A stretch of DNA of 64,000 nucleotides from Vicinamibacterales bacterium (lineage in GTDB: Bacteria; Acidobacteriota; Vicinamibacteria; Vicinamibacterales; UBA8438): assembly GCA_965262985.1 (NCBI GenBank), contig OZ253576.1, positions 6,225,937 through 6,289,936 on the forward strand, read 5' to 3'. Positions 40,858 through 51,376 of this stretch are shown in pieces. A program made the translations under genes and the position numbers. The notes under the pieces are model-generated. The model did no database searches. It had not been told where the DNA came from and saw only the letters and a list, made by a program, of their open reading frames with translations. How positions within the stretch are numbered: position 1 is the stretch's first letter; each line of letters starts with the position of its first letter.

Positions 40858-41828
40858 TGTTCGCTGTTTGCGATCGCGGTGGCGATACGGGTGATCACCT
40901 GCCGGGTCGTTTCCGCGGTGGGATGCTCGATTGTGAACCCGGCGGCATTACGGTGTCCGCCGCCACCGAACGAGACCGCTACCTGGCGCACGTCGACCGC
41001 CGCTTTCGACCGCACGCTGACACGTACCTCTGTGCCGGTGTGTTTGAAGAACGCCACGGCCCGAACATCGCGGGCTGCGAGCGGCAGATTGACGATGCCC
41101 TCAATGTCGTCGGCGGCGCACTCGGCCTCCGCGAGCATCGAGTCGTGCAGTCTGAGGACGGCGATCCGCCGGTCGTATTCGAGTTGCATCCGGTCGAGCA
41201 GCATGCCGGTCAGGCGAACATGTCCCAGGCTGCCGTTGGTGTAGACCTCGGCGGCGATGCGTGCCGGATCGATGCCCGCTGTTGCAATTCGACGGCAGAT
41301 CTCGAAAGTGCGCGCCGTGATATTGGCGTGGCGGAACGACCCGGTGTCCGTGAGGATGGCCACGTACAAATGGGTGGCCATTGCCTCCGTGAGCTCGACC
41401 CCAAGGGCGTCGATCAGGTCACTGACCTGTTCGGCGCACGCGCACGCGGTCTCATCGTACCAGTTGAGCGAACCGTACATGACGTTGCCCGCGTGGTGGT
41501 CGATGTTGATGATCATCCGTTCTTCGAGTCCGCTGACGCCCGTTCGGTCGAGACTGCTGCACTCGAGCACCACGACCGCGTCGCAGGGGTCGGTCGCGGA
41601 GTCGGCAATCTCGATGAGCTCGACGCCGGGAAGGAACGCGTACAGCGCCGGCGCCGGGTCGATGTTGATGATCCGAACCTGTTTTCCCAACCGACGGAGC
41701 GCCGCCGCGAGAGCAAGCTGTGAGCCGAGTGAATCTCCGTCCGGCCGCGCGTGCGAGGTGAGCAGCACGTTGCGCGCAGCGAGCAGCGTGTCGCGGATTC
41801 GAGAGACCTCAGGAGGTAACGGGGTCAC
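40854..41828 (-). CDS. nrnA: DHH/DHHA1 phosphoesterase (NrnA-like nanoRNase / pAp phosphatase)
   Basis: HARPDGDSLGS, IDHH, TDTGSF and GGGHRNAAG motifs; GTG start at 41828 inferred. Confidence 0.9.
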   Translation of the reverse strand: MTPLPPEVSRIRDTLLAARNVLLTSHARPDGDSLGSQLALAAALRRLGKQVRIINIDPAPALYAFLPGVELIEIADSATDPCDAVVVLECSSLDRTGVSGLEERMIINIDHHAGNVMYGSLNWYDETACACAEQVSDLIDALGVELTEAMATHLYVAILTDTGSFRHANITARTFEICRRIATAGIDPARIAAEVYTNGSLGHVRLTGMLLDRMQLEYDRRIAVLRLHDSMLAEAECAADDIEGIVNLPLAARDVRAVAFFKHTGTEVRVSVRSKAAVDVRQVAVSFGGGGHRNAAGFTIEHPTAETTRQVITRIATAIANSEQ

Positions 41829-42183
41829 GGTCGGTCTCTGGCGTGCGCTCGATCTGTAACTCTTCGAGTACCTCGGCGATCCGTTGCTCACGTGCAATTG
41901 ACTCGTCATGCACGAAGGTCAGCTCCGGTACGTGTCTGAGCCGGAGCCGGTGTCCCAACTGTCCCCGCAGGTATGCTGCTGCCCGCCGAAGACCTCGAAC
42001 CGTGTCGCGTGGCGCCGCCGCGCTCGGGGCCGTGTAGTACACGCGCGCATGCTGCAAGTCTCGTGTCATCTGGACATGTGTCACCGTGACGAAGCGCAGC
42101 GCCGGATCGCGTACCGATCGCTGCAGCAATGTGCACAATTCGGCCCGCACCTGATCTCCCACCCGTTGCGGTCGCGATGGCAT
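41809..42183 (-). CDS. rbfA: Ribosome-binding factor A
   Basis: RPQRVGDQVR..., LRLRHVPELTF. Confidence 0.95.
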   Translation of the reverse strand: MPSRPQRVGDQVRAELCTLLQRSVRDPALRFVTVTHVQMTRDLQHARVYYTAPSAAAPRDTVRGLRRAAAYLRGQLGHRLRLRHVPELTFVHDESIAREQRIAEVLEELQIERTPETDRDPVTS

Positions 42184-42206
42184 GCGTCTACCAGATCAGC
42201 GGGTTG

Positions 42207-42423
42207 CTAGGAGTCCCGCTGCATTCGATCCCCGCTGAATTCTGCGCTTCCCCGCGGAATTCTGCGGTTTCACGCTGCATCCCGCCTCGGGCGGCGCTGG
42301 GCTTCTGATTGCCGGGGTCACACATGCCCCAGTGTGCTCCCTCGTCGCGCCTTGCACTGGCCGGGCGCAGCATTGTCACGACCAGATCTCGGTGCAACGC
42401 AGGGTTCTACCACGGGCTGCTAG
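42207..42423. mobile_element. Family-A MITE with CTAG on both sides; right CTAG is the DUF503 stop codon; contains a 3x20-bp expansion
   Basis: CTAG-GAGTCCCGCTGCATTC...TGCAACGCAGGGTTCTACCACGGGCTG-CTAG; 20-bp units start at 42227, 42247 and 42267. Confidence 0.85.
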
Positions 42424-42701
42424 ACCAACCATTCGATCTCGCTGCGGATAACCACCCCCGGTTCGATGCGTTCGATCTCGTTGACGACGCCGTTGAGCGC
42501 ACGCTCCGCAATGTCCTGGTCGGTCCCGATCGCGACAATACCGAGCCGGGCTCGCTGACGCAGGTCGAGGTGGTCCACCTCGGCGATTGACACGTTCAAC
42601 CGGCCGATCCGATCTTTCAAACGCCGGAGCACCGCCCGTTTGTCCTTCAGCGAGCGGGCATCTGCAAAGTGAAGTTCGATGGAAAGGAGTCCGACGATCA
42701 T
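42420..42701 (-). CDS. DUF503 (YlxP-like) protein
   Basis: ARSLKDKRAVLRRLKDR...VSIAEV; canonical position between infB and rbfA. Confidence 0.9.
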   Translation of the reverse strand: MIVGLLSIELHFADARSLKDKRAVLRRLKDRIGRLNVSIAEVDHLDLRQRARLGIVAIGTDQDIAERALNGVVNEIERIEPGVVIRSEIEWLV

Positions 42702-42713
42702 GAAACCGGGCTG

Positions 42714-42905
42714 CTGGCAGCCCCTGGTGAAAGCCCCGCTGCATTCGATTGGCGCTGCATGCCGTCTCGGGCGGCGCTGGGCTTCTGATTGCCGGGGTCA
42801 CAATTGCCCCAATTCGCTCCCTCGTCGCGCCTTGCCCCGGCCGGGTGCGGGGCGTTGTTACGACCAGCTCTCGGTGCAACGAGGGGTTCCATCACGGGCT
42901 GCTAG
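42714..42905. mobile_element. Family-A MITE; right CTAG is the infB stop codon
   Basis: CTGG-CAGCCCCTGGTGAAAGCCCCGCTGCATTC...TGCAACGAGGGGTTCCATCACGGGCTG-CTAG. Confidence 0.85.
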
Positions 42906-45832
42906 ACCGTGGCGGCCACCTTTTCCTCGGTGAATATTTCAATGATGTCGCCGGCCTTGATGTCGGCATAGCGCTCGAAGGCGATCCCGCAATCGAGACC
43001 ATTCTTCACCTCGCCGACATCGTCCTTGAACCGGCGCAACGAACCGATCCGGCCCTCATGGATCACGACGTGGTCGCGCAGCAGCCTGGCCTGGGTCCCG
43101 CCAGCGCGGGTGATCTTGCCTTCCGTCACCAGGCAACCCGCGGCGGCGCCGAATTTCGGCACTTTGAAGACCTCTCGCACTTCGGCCGCACCGACCTGGA
43201 TCTCCTTGACGGTCGGTTCGAGCAGACCGGCCATCGCCTTCTTAATTTCATCCGTCACGTCGTAGATGATGCGATGGAGACGGATGTCGATCTCCTCGCG
43301 TTCTGCCATCGCCGCCGCGTTCCGATCCGGCCTGACGTTGAAGCCGATGATGACGGCGTTGGAAGCCGCGGCGAATACGATGTCGCCCTCGTTGATGGCG
43401 CCGGCCCCACTGTTGATGAGCCGCACTTTTACCCGCTCGTCGCCCAGCTTGCCCAGGGCGTCGGCCAGTACTTCTGCGGAGCCTTGTACATCTGCCTTGA
43501 TGATGATCGGCAGTTCCTTCGTCTGACCTTCATCGATCTGCTGTTGCAACGATTCGAGAGTCAGGCGGCCGCCTTTCTCGCCAAGCGATTTCTGCTTCGC
43601 CTGATTCTGTCGCAGCATCGAGATCTGGCGCGCTTTGGATGCGTCGGCTACCGCCTGGAACGTGTCGCCCGGTTGCGGCAAACCGGTCAGGCCGAGCACT
43701 TCGATCGGGCTTGACGGCCCCGCCTCCTCCTGCTTGTTGCCCCGGTCGTCGATCAGTGCGCGGACCTTCCCGACAATTGGGCCGGCGATGAAATTGTCGC
43801 CGATGCGGAGGGTGCCATCCTTGACCAGAATCGTCGCGATGGGGCCCCGTCCACGGTCGATCTTCGCTTCGAGCACGGAGCCGAAGGCGCCGCGCTTCGG
43901 GTTCGCCTTGAGTTCTCCCAACTCGGTTACCAGCAGGATCATCTCGAGCAGGAGATCAAGATTCTTCTGCTTCTTGGCCGATACCTCGACGGTCACCGTC
44001 TGGCCGCCCCAATCCTCCGGGGTCAGGCCCAATTCCGAAAGTTCGGTCTTGACGCGTTCCGGGTTCGCGTTGGCCTTGTCAATCTTGTTGATCGCCACGA
44101 TCAGCGGTACGTCGGCGGCCTTCGCGTGATCGATAGCTTCTCTGGTTTGCGGCATGACGCCATCATCAGCCGCGACAACCAGGATGACGATGTCCGTTAC
44201 CCGCGCGCCGCGAGCACGCATCAGGGTGAACGCTTCATGGCCGGGGGTATCGAGGAAGACGATGCGCCTGTTGTTGATCTCGACACTGTACGCGCCAATG
44301 TGCTGAGTGATGCCGCCAGCCTCGCGCTCTGCCACGCGCGAGTGACGGATGGCGTCGAGCAGCGTGGTCTTGCCGTGGTCAACGTGCCCCATGACAGTGA
44401 CGACCGGCGCCCGCGAGACCTGATCGCCTTCCTGGGCCGCGGTGGACTCGATTTCCAGCATCTCTTCTTCGAACGAGCGCATCTTGACATCGGCGCCGAA
44501 TTCACGCGCCACCATCGTGGCGGTCTCGGTGTCCAGCGTCGTGTTGATGGTCATCATCATCCGGCGCTCGATCAGTTTCTTCAGAACATCTTTGGCTTTC
44601 AGTTCCAGCTTGTCGGCCAGATCCTTGACCGTCATGCCTTCGGCCAACGAGAGCGTCCGTGTGATAGGTGGCGGCGGCGCCGGTGTGTACGGCGCCGAGG
44701 GCCGAGGCGGCCGCCGTTTGCGTCCACCGGGCGGACGTGGGGGCGGCCTGAATTGCGGCCGGTAGCCGACGGCCGGGGCGGCCGGCCGGCCGGCCGCCGG
44801 TCGCGCCGGATGCGACGGCAACGGATGCGGTCCGGCTGGCGTACTGGGACGTGGAGCAGCGGCGATGGGGCGAGAGCCAGGTCGCGGTCGTTGCAACGCG
44901 ATCCGGCTGGGTCCGGCCGCCGGCTTGATAATTCTCGGTGTCGTCGCGGTCTTCGGCGCTGGCGGCTTCAGCGAGGGTGCATTTGTTTCGACCCGCAACC
45001 TCATGGTCGGTGGTACGACCCGGCCGGTAGGTTCCACCTTCTTCGGGGCTGCCTGTTCAGGCGCTGCCTTCCGCGCAGGCGACACGGGCGCAGGAGGAAT
45101 GGGCGCACCCGAAACGGGTCCACCCGGTTCGGGCTGAGCCGCAACGGACGGCGCCGCGACAGGTGGTGCTTCAACAGATGGAGCCGGAACGGAGGTAGCC
45201 GCACCGGGTGGCGCCGCACCGGGTGGCGCCGCAACGGGTGGCGTCCCAACGGGTGGCCCCGGCACCGAGGGAGCTGCAACGGACGGAGTCGGAACAGGAG
45301 TGGCCGGAACCTCGATGACCGGTGGCGGCGATGCCGCGGGAGCTGTCGGTTCGGACACGGCCGCCGGTTCCGCAACCACTGGTCGAATCGGGGATGCTTC
45401 CGTCGTGGTCGGAGCGGACGTTGGCTCTGGCGACGGTGTCGTTTCAGCCGCGGCCGACGGCGTTATCGGTGCGGTCGCTGCGACAGTCGGGGCTTCCTCG
45501 TCCGCCGCCGGTGGCGGGACAATTTTGGGAGACTTGACCAAACGGGGGGGGCCCAACCGGGGGCGGAGCGCCGGTTCCGGTTGTTTGGCTCTCTTTCCAC
45601 CCTTCCAGCCCCTTCCGGTGAAGGACGACTTCTGAGAGAACAGCGGTCCAGTCGGCAGGCTCAGGTCGCGATCGCGGGCTATCCGTTCGGTGAACTGTCT
45701 GGCGACAATCTCTTCAATGGTGCTCGAGGCGCTCTTGACCTCGATACCATGTTCGCGCTTGAGCAGGTCGATGATCTCGTTGCTCGGGATTCCGAGCACC
45801 TCAGCGACCTGATAAATCCGAATCGTGGCCAA
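42902..45832 (-). CDS. infB: Translation initiation factor IF-2
   Basis: [25 protein letters not shown] and IIKADVQGS motifs; long Pro/Ala-rich N-terminal linker; TTG start. Confidence 0.98.
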   Translation of the reverse strand: MATIRIYQVAEVLGIPSNEIIDLLKREHGIEVKSASSTIEEIVARQFTERIARDRDLSLPTGPLFSQKSSFTGRGWKGGKRAKQPEPALRPRLGPPRLVKSPKIVPPPAADEEAPTVAATAPITPSAAAETTPSPEPTSAPTTTEASPIRPVVAEPAAVSEPTAPAASPPPVIEVPATPVPTPSVAAPSVPGPPVGTPPVAAPPGAAPPGAATSVPAPSVEAPPVAAPSVAAQPEPGGPVSGAPIPPAPVSPARKAAPEQAAPKKVEPTGRVVPPTMRLRVETNAPSLKPPAPKTATTPRIIKPAAGPSRIALQRPRPGSRPIAAAPRPSTPAGPHPLPSHPARPAAGRPAAPAVGYRPQFRPPPRPPGGRKRRPPRPSAPYTPAPPPPITRTLSLAEGMTVKDLADKLELKAKDVLKKLIERRMMMTINTTLDTETATMVAREFGADVKMRSFEEEMLEIESTAAQEGDQVSRAPVVTVMGHVDHGKTTLLDAIRHSRVAEREAGGITQHIGAYSVEINNRRIVFLDTPGHEAFTLMRARGARVTDIVILVVAADDGVMPQTREAIDHAKAADVPLIVAINKIDKANANPERVKTELSELGLTPEDWGGQTVTVEVSAKKQKNLDLLLEMILLVTELGELKANPKRGAFGSVLEAKIDRGRGPIATILVKDGTLRIGDNFIAGPIVGKVRALIDDRGNKQEEAGPSSPIEVLGLTGLPQPGDTFQAVADASKARQISMLRQNQAKQKSLGEKGGRLTLESLQQQIDEGQTKELPIIIKADVQGSAEVLADALGKLGDERVKVRLINSGAGAINEGDIVFAAASNAVIIGFNVRPDRNAAAMAEREEIDIRLHRIIYDVTDEIKKAMAGLLEPTVKEIQVGAAEVREVFKVPKFGAAAGCLVTEGKITRAGGTQARLLRDHVVIHEGRIGSLRRFKDDVGEVKNGLDCGIAFERYADIKAGDIIEIFTEEKVAATV
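45141..45320. repeat. In-frame 15-bp tandem repeat (about 12 degenerate units) in the infB linker
   Basis: e.g. GCACCGGGTGGCGCC x2, GCAACGGGTGGCGTC, GCAACGGACGGAGTC; encodes VAAPS/VGTPP/GAAPP pentapeptides. Confidence 0.75.
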
Positions 45833-45894
45833 CGTGTTTCCTCTATCTTTCCCTGACGTCCCCAGTAGTCGCCACGGTGCTGCCGCGCGTGTAG

Positions 45895-47343
45895 CTATCC
45901 ATCCCCCGGAGCCCGCTCTCCGGGGGTCATTGCCTCGGCTGGGGCGGTCTCCGGTCGTGCCGGTGCGGGAGCGGGTACCGCCTCCGCGACAGGCGCGTCG
46001 GCGACGGCAACTGGCGAGCCGGGGAGCGGCTCAATCCCCTCTTGGGGTACCGCCTCCGTGGTTCCGCTGCCGACTGCGCCGCTTGCGGCCATGGTGGCGG
46101 CTTCCGCTCCCTGACGCAGCGCTTCGGCCGCACCCTCCGAGATGCCAAGTACCTCGCTCAACTCCGATGCGCTGGCGGCGACCATGCGTTCCACGGTTTC
46201 GATGCCGGCGGCATTCAGTTTCTCGACCATCTCTTCGTCGAGTCCAGGCACCGACAGCGGCGCCGGCTCGGCGCCCAGTCCGTCGAATTGGGCCTCCACC
46301 TCGCGACGCTTCTCCTCTTCGCTCTTGATGTCGATTTTCCAGCCCGTCAGTTTGGCGGCAAGCCGTACGTTCTGGCCCTTCTTGCCGATCGCGAGAGACA
46401 ACTGGCGATCTTCGACCACCACCTCGATCACCCGGTCAACCTCGTCGACCACGGACACCCGCTGCACGCGTGCGGGGCTGATGCCGTTCGTTACGAAGGT
46501 GGCTGCGTCTTCGGACCACTCGACGATGTCAATCTTCTCACCACGCAGTTCGCGGATGATCGCCTGCACGCGCGTGCCCTTCATCCCGACACAGGCCCCG
46601 ACCGGATCAACCTCCCGCTCGCGAGACGCCACTGCGACCTTGGCCCGGTCGCCCGCTTCGCGAACTGCACCCCGAATGACGACGGTGCCGTCGTAGATCT
46701 CGGGCACCTCCTGTTCGAACAGCTTGATCAGCAGCATCGGATCGGTGCGGGACAGAACGATCTGTGGTCCTTTCGTGTTCTTGTTGACGTCCTTGATTAC
46801 CGCTCGCACCCGGTCGCCGGTCGTGTAGTTCTCGGCGCGCGACTGCTCACGACGAGGCAGGAGCGCTTCAACGCGTCCAATTTCGACGACGATGTCGCCG
46901 CTTTCGAAGCCTTTGACGAGGCCGTTCACCACTTCGCCCACCCGCTGGCTGTACTCGGCGAACACATTCTCGCGCTCGGCCTCGCGCACCTTCTGGAAGA
47001 TGACCTGTTTGGCCGTCTGGGCGGCGATGCGTCCCAGCACATCGGTCGGCTTGGGGAATTCGATCTCCATGCCCGCTTCGGCCTCGTCGCCGTACAGATC
47101 GTGAGCTTCGGCCAGCGAGATCTCGGCTGCTGGATTGGTCACGTCTTCCACAATCCGCCGAACCGCGAACAATTCCACCTGCCCCGTGTCCGGATTGAAT
47201 TTGGTGCGCAGGTTCTCATCTGTCTTGTAGTACTTACGGGACGCGGTGAGCACCGCGTCTTCAATCGCGGTGATGATGACATCGGCTTCGATGCCCTTTT
47301 CCTTCGCCAGCGCCTCGATGGTCTGTTGCAACGCGTTGTTCAT
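45895..47343 (-). CDS. nusA: Transcription termination/antitermination factor NusA
   Basis: GRIAAQTAKQVI, DPVGACVGMKG and AIGKKGQNVRLA motifs. Confidence 0.97.
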   Translation of the reverse strand: MNNALQQTIEALAKEKGIEADVIITAIEDAVLTASRKYYKTDENLRTKFNPDTGQVELFAVRRIVEDVTNPAAEISLAEAHDLYGDEAEAGMEIEFPKPTDVLGRIAAQTAKQVIFQKVREAERENVFAEYSQRVGEVVNGLVKGFESGDIVVEIGRVEALLPRREQSRAENYTTGDRVRAVIKDVNKNTKGPQIVLSRTDPMLLIKLFEQEVPEIYDGTVVIRGAVREAGDRAKVAVASREREVDPVGACVGMKGTRVQAIIRELRGEKIDIVEWSEDAATFVTNGISPARVQRVSVVDEVDRVIEVVVEDRQLSLAIGKKGQNVRLAAKLTGWKIDIKSEEEKRREVEAQFDGLGAEPAPLSVPGLDEEMVEKLNAAGIETVERMVAASASELSEVLGISEGAAEALRQGAEAATMAASGAVGSGTTEAVPQEGIEPLPGSPVAVADAPVAEAVPAPAPARPETAPAEAMTPGERAPGDG

Positions 47344-47377
47344 TGACACTTCCTGTCGGCTCACGCGTGTCGTGACC

Positions 47378-47872
47378 TCAAAACTCGACTTCAAGCCTTG
47401 CCCGTTTGACCGCGGACTCGGGAACCAGCCGCGTGGTCGTTCCGTCGTCGATCACAATCGTCCGCTCCTGCACGCCAGCGATACGGCCCGAGACAAACCG
47501 CTGCCCGTCAATCGGCTCGGAAGTCACGATCCTGACGCGCCGGCCACGGAACCGTACGAAGTCGTCCAGGTGGCGCAACGGCCGGTCCAACCCCGGAGAC
47601 GACACTTCCAGCGTGTAGGCATGCTCGAACGTGACTTCGGCGGCGAGTATTGCGCTTACGTCCATGCTGACCGCCTGGCAGTCAGTTACGTTCACGCTTT
47701 CGCTGTCGCCGCGGGTGTTGGGGAGGGGAGCCACACGATCAATCACTATTCGTAGCACCCAGCCGATCGACTCGCGCCGAAACTGCAGGTCGAAGAGATC
47801 GAGCCCGTGGCTGTGCGCCACCCGGTCCGCGATCGATCGAACCGTGCCGAGATGATCGGTCCGCGAATCCAC
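47378..47872 (-). CDS. rimP: Ribosome maturation factor RimP
   Basis: YTLEVSSPGLDRPL motif; first gene of the nusA-infB operon. Confidence 0.95.
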   Translation of the reverse strand: MDSRTDHLGTVRSIADRVAHSHGLDLFDLQFRRESIGWVLRIVIDRVAPLPNTRGDSESVNVTDCQAVSMDVSAILAAEVTFEHAYTLEVSSPGLDRPLRHLDDFVRFRGRRVRIVTSEPIDGQRFVSGRIAGVQERTIVIDDGTTTRLVPESAVKRARLEVEF

Positions 47873-47889
47873 CCGAAAAACCGGCCCCG

Positions 47890-47920
47890 AAAAACAAAAA
47901 GTGGGCCAAGACGCCCACTC
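47890..47920 (-). terminator. rimP leader attenuator hairpin
   Basis: Minus strand GAGTGGGC-GTCTTG-GCCCACTTTTTGTTTT, matching the GAGUGGG..CCCAC hairpin widely found upstream of rimP; a TGA-TATAGT -10 candidate lies at 47951-47959. Confidence 0.7.
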
Positions 47921-47997
47921 GTCATTCCCAACCGCGAACGTAACCGTAGAACTATATCACGAGCGGGACGCCGACAAAAAAGGTCCGTTGCCCAGCA

Positions 47998-48021
47998 CAG
48001 GGTTCTATCACGGGCTGCTAG
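47998..48021. mobile_element. Solo right terminus of a family-A MITE fused to the asnS stop codon
   Basis: CAGGGTTCTATCACGGGCTG-CTAG; the CTA at 48018-48020 is the asnS TAG. Confidence 0.75.
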
Positions 48022-49307
48022 GGCGTCAACCGGTAGAGCATGCGGGGGTATGGAATTGTCTCGCGGACATGATCCAGACCGCAGATCCAGGCGACCACCC
48101 GTTCGATGCCCATTCCGAACCCGGCGTGCGGCACACTCCCGTAGCGGCGGAGGTCCAGATACCATTCGAATGCCTCTTGCGGCAGGCCATGCTCGGTGAT
48201 CCGTTGCAGCAACAGATTGAGATCGTCGAGCCGCTGTCCCCCGCCGACGATCTCTCCGTATCCTTCCGGGGCGAGGATGTCGACAGAAAGCGAGAGTTCG
48301 GCATGGTCGGGGTCCGGCTTCATGTAGAACGCCTTCGCCGAGGCCGGAAAGCGATGCACGGCGACGGGGCGATCGAACTGCTCGGCGAGCAGTGTCTCAG
48401 CCGGGCCGCCGAAGTCATCCCCATGTTGGAAGGGAAGACCGTGGTCGTTCAGGATTTGGACCGCCTTGTCGTAGGTGATGCGTGGAAACGGGGTGCAGAC
48501 GCCTTCGAGCGGCCCGCGGTTCCGTTCGAGCGTGTCGAGTTCGCGGACGCGTTCGTCAAGGGCACGCGCAACGACTGAGGAGATCAACGATTCAGCGAGC
48601 TCGATTGCGTCGTCGAGCGTCGCGTACGCCATCTCGGGCTCGACCATCCAGAACTCGGTCAGGTGCCGGCGTGTTTTCGACTTTTCTGCGCGGAACGTGG
48701 GACCGAAGCAGTACACGCGGCCGAGCGCCATCGCGTTCGCCTCGTTGTAAAGTTGGCCGCTCTGGGTCAGATACGCAGTGCCGTGATCGAAGTAGGACAC
48801 GGGAAACAGGGTCGTCGTGCCTTCGCAGGCGGCCGGCGTGAAGATCGGCGTGTCGGCCAGGATGAAACCGCGCGAATTGAAGAAATCGCGGACGGCGTTG
48901 ATCACGGTATGCCGGATCCGGAGAATGGCGTGTTGCCGTTCCGAACGGATCCACAGGTGGCGCCGATCCAGCAGGTAGTCGACGCCGTGTTCCTTCGGCG
49001 TGATCGGATAGTCGCGCGCCTGCCCCATGACCTGCAGGCCCGCCACGTCGACCTCGTAGCCGCCAGGCGCTCGGGCATCCGCCCGTACGGTTCCCTCCAC
49101 GACGATCGCCGTTTCCTGGCTGAGGTGACCCGCCTGTTCGAACACGTCGCCTCCCACGGCAGCCTTGGACATCACCGCCTGGATGAATCCGGTGCCGTCC
49201 CGCACGGTCAGAAAGTGGATCCGTCCGCTTGACCGGCGGTTGTGCAGCCACCCCCGCAAGGTCACGGTCTGGCCCGTGTGCTGCGCAATCTCGTCGATGT
49301 GGTGCAT
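48018..49307 (-). CDS. asnS: Asparagine-tRNA ligase
   Basis: [35 protein letters not shown] and [11 protein letters not shown] motifs. Confidence 0.96.
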   Translation of the reverse strand: MHHIDEIAQHTGQTVTLRGWLHNRRSSGRIHFLTVRDGTGFIQAVMSKAAVGGDVFEQAGHLSQETAIVVEGTVRADARAPGGYEVDVAGLQVMGQARDYPITPKEHGVDYLLDRRHLWIRSERQHAILRIRHTVINAVRDFFNSRGFILADTPIFTPAACEGTTTLFPVSYFDHGTAYLTQSGQLYNEANAMALGRVYCFGPTFRAEKSKTRRHLTEFWMVEPEMAYATLDDAIELAESLISSVVARALDERVRELDTLERNRGPLEGVCTPFPRITYDKAVQILNDHGLPFQHGDDFGGPAETLLAEQFDRPVAVHRFPASAKAFYMKPDPDHAELSLSVDILAPEGYGEIVGGGQRLDDLNLLLQRITEHGLPQEAFEWYLDLRRYGSVPHAGFGMGIERVVAWICGLDHVRETIPYPRMLYRLTP

Positions 49308-49372
49308 TCGTCTTCTCTCTGCCTGTTGTGCTCGACGTTCAGCCTACCCCACACGGCTCTTCCGGGCTGTAC

Positions 49373-50380
49373 TCAGGGCGCCAGCTCTGGCACGTGCGGC
49401 GTCAGAAGCTCGAGCAATCGCCCGAAGCGCGGGTAGGTCCGGAGCGTCGCACGAAGATAGCCGAGCGTGCGAGGAACTGCCGACGCGAATCCGGTGCGGC
49501 CGGCGACCGCGATCTGGTGCCCGAACGTGCCCAGAGCCTTCAGGTGCCGCTGCACCGACATCAGATCGAAACGACGCTCGAAGTCGGACGTGTGTGCGGC
49601 CGGTACGACGTCGAGGAACCGTGTTGTCAGGTCCGCGACCAGCGACGGATCGAGGTCGACGTAGCAATCGCGCAGGAGCGAGACCAGATCGTAGGTCGCC
49701 GGACCCATCCGCGCGTCCTGAAAGTCGATGACCACCAATTCCTTGTCGCGCACCATCAAATTGCGGCTGTGGTAGTCCCGGTGGCACAGCACCCGCGGTT
49801 CCGCCGCCAACTCTTCGGCGATCGCCCTGAATTCGACGTCGAGCGCGGCCTCGGTTGCGGCGTCCAGAGGGCTCTGGCGGTAGGCTCCCAGGAACTCGGA
49901 CCGAAAGTACGCCAGTTCCCGTTTCAGCGTGATGACATCGAACGCGGAATCGAATGGAGGCCCGCTGGACGCACCGGACGCGGCGCCACCCCGCTGAAGT
50001 GTGGCGATGATGTCGACCGCGTCTCGGTAGAGTCTGGCGGAGTCTCGTCCCGGCACGCGCATCCAGTTCTGCAACGTGTCGTCACCGAGGTCTTCCAACG
50101 CCAGGATGCCGAGATCGCCTGCGCGGTCCAGCACTGCCGGAACACGGACGCTCAAACGCGTGAACGTGGCGCCGACCGCCAGTTGCCTGAGCGTCGCAGG
50201 ATCGAACGGTGCGGGATGGACGGCGAGAACGAAGAGAGAGGCCCGACCTCGGGTCACCCGCATGTACGCCCGATTGGATGCATCCCCGTGCAGCGGGGTC
50301 ACGCGGCAGTCGTCGCCATGACCGGAGCGTTCGAGGTAGGCGGCGACCCGCCGGTCTGTCGCTGCCTCAGGGAATGTCAT
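49373..50380 (-). CDS. Aminoglycoside-phosphotransferase-family kinase, AmgK-like (MurNAc/GlcNAc 1-kinase)
   Basis: GDASNRAY, LEDLGD, HRDYHSRNLM and IDFQDARMGP motifs; adjacent to a nucleotidyltransferase. Confidence 0.8.
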   Translation of the reverse strand: MTFPEAATDRRVAAYLERSGHGDDCRVTPLHGDASNRAYMRVTRGRASLFVLAVHPAPFDPATLRQLAVGATFTRLSVRVPAVLDRAGDLGILALEDLGDDTLQNWMRVPGRDSARLYRDAVDIIATLQRGGAASGASSGPPFDSAFDVITLKRELAYFRSEFLGAYRQSPLDAATEAALDVEFRAIAEELAAEPRVLCHRDYHSRNLMVRDKELVVIDFQDARMGPATYDLVSLLRDCYVDLDPSLVADLTTRFLDVVPAAHTSDFERRFDLMSVQRHLKALGTFGHQIAVAGRTGFASAVPRTLGYLRATLRTYPRFGRLLELLTPHVPELAP

Positions 50381-50395
50381 CGGTATCGGATTCCC

Positions 50396-51376
50396 TCATG
50401 CGCTGGGCGAATGCTCGATCGGAACCGCCAGGAGATCGCCGAGCCGTCTCGCTCCCGGCATCTCCACCACCCGCGTGTCCTGTGGCATCCGCACCACCGC
50501 CTGCCCCTTAAGCGTGACGCCATCTGGCAACTGCACACCGTCGGTGACCACGCAATCGGTCACCCGGCAGTTCGACCCGATGGTTACGTCATCCCAGAGT
50601 ACCGAACGGGTCACTCGAGCCGACGGATTGATGAAACACCGCAGGCCGAGCGACGGATCGGCGTGGGCCTCGGCGGCGCCCACGATGCGGGCGGCGGTCA
50701 AATAATCGGCCGGAGTGCCGATATCCAGAAACCGGCCGTCGACGGGGTGGGCGGCGATTTGCCGCCTGGATAGCAGGGAGTCGTAGAGCCCCCTGATCGA
50801 CGCGGCCGGGACGCCGTCTGGAAGAGGGCTGAATACCGACGCTTCGGCTACCTGGATGCCGACGAAATGCAGCGGACGGCGGCGGTCGCCGGCGCCGGCG
50901 AAGCCGACGACCCATCCGTTGGGGTCCGTCACTACACCTCCGTATCGTGCGGGCGCCGGGTTCCGGGTGACCGCCAGCGTGACTCGCGCCCCGCGCGCGC
51001 GATGGGCCTCGTACAACTGTTCGAGGTCAACCTCGCACAGCGTGTCGCTGTTGATCAGGAAGAACCGATCTCCCAGCAACGGCAGCGCGTGGCGCGGGCC
51101 GCCGGCCGAGCCGAGCACGACACGTTCCCACGAGTACCGCACGCGACAGCCAAGCGCGACGCCGTCGCCGAGCGCGGCCGCAATGCTCTCCGGGCGATGA
51201 TGCAGGTTCACCACGATGTCTTCGATGCCCTGGGCCGCCAGACGCATTGTGTGCCGGGCGACGAGCGGAATCCCGGCCACCGGCACGGCGGCCTTGGCGC
51301 GACAGAACGTCAGCGGACGAAGACGGGTCCCGAGGCCGGCGGCCAGTACGAGGGCGGGAGGCATCGTCGTGGTCAC
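50396..51376 (-). CDS. Sugar-phosphate nucleotidyltransferase, MurU-like
   Basis: VLAAGLGTRLRPLT...KAAVP, GSAGG, INSD and DIGTP motifs with a short left-handed beta-helix tail. Start is 51376 or 51364. Confidence 0.8.
   Translation of the reverse strand: MTTTMPPALVLAAGLGTRLRPLTFCRAKAAVPVAGIPLVARHTMRLAAQGIEDIVVNLHHRPESIAAALGDGVALGCRVRYSWERVVLGSAGGPRHALPLLGDRFFLINSDTLCEVDLEQLYEAHRARGARVTLAVTRNPAPARYGGVVTDPNGWVVGFAGAGDRRRPLHFVGIQVAEASVFSPLPDGVPAASIRGLYDSLLSRRQIAAHPVDGRFLDIGTPADYLTAARIVGAAEAHADPSLGLRCFINPSARVTRSVLWDDVTIGSNCRVTDCVVTDGVQLPDGVTLKGQAVVRMPQDTRVVEMPGARRLGDLLAVPIEHSPSA

Noticed and set aside
44126-47346. Long antisense or alternative-frame ORFs (e.g. 44126-45856, 46042-47346, 14902-16266, 38250-39551, 49229-50773)
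   Set aside because: Shadow ORFs over well-supported genes in a high-GC genome, with no recognisable motifs.
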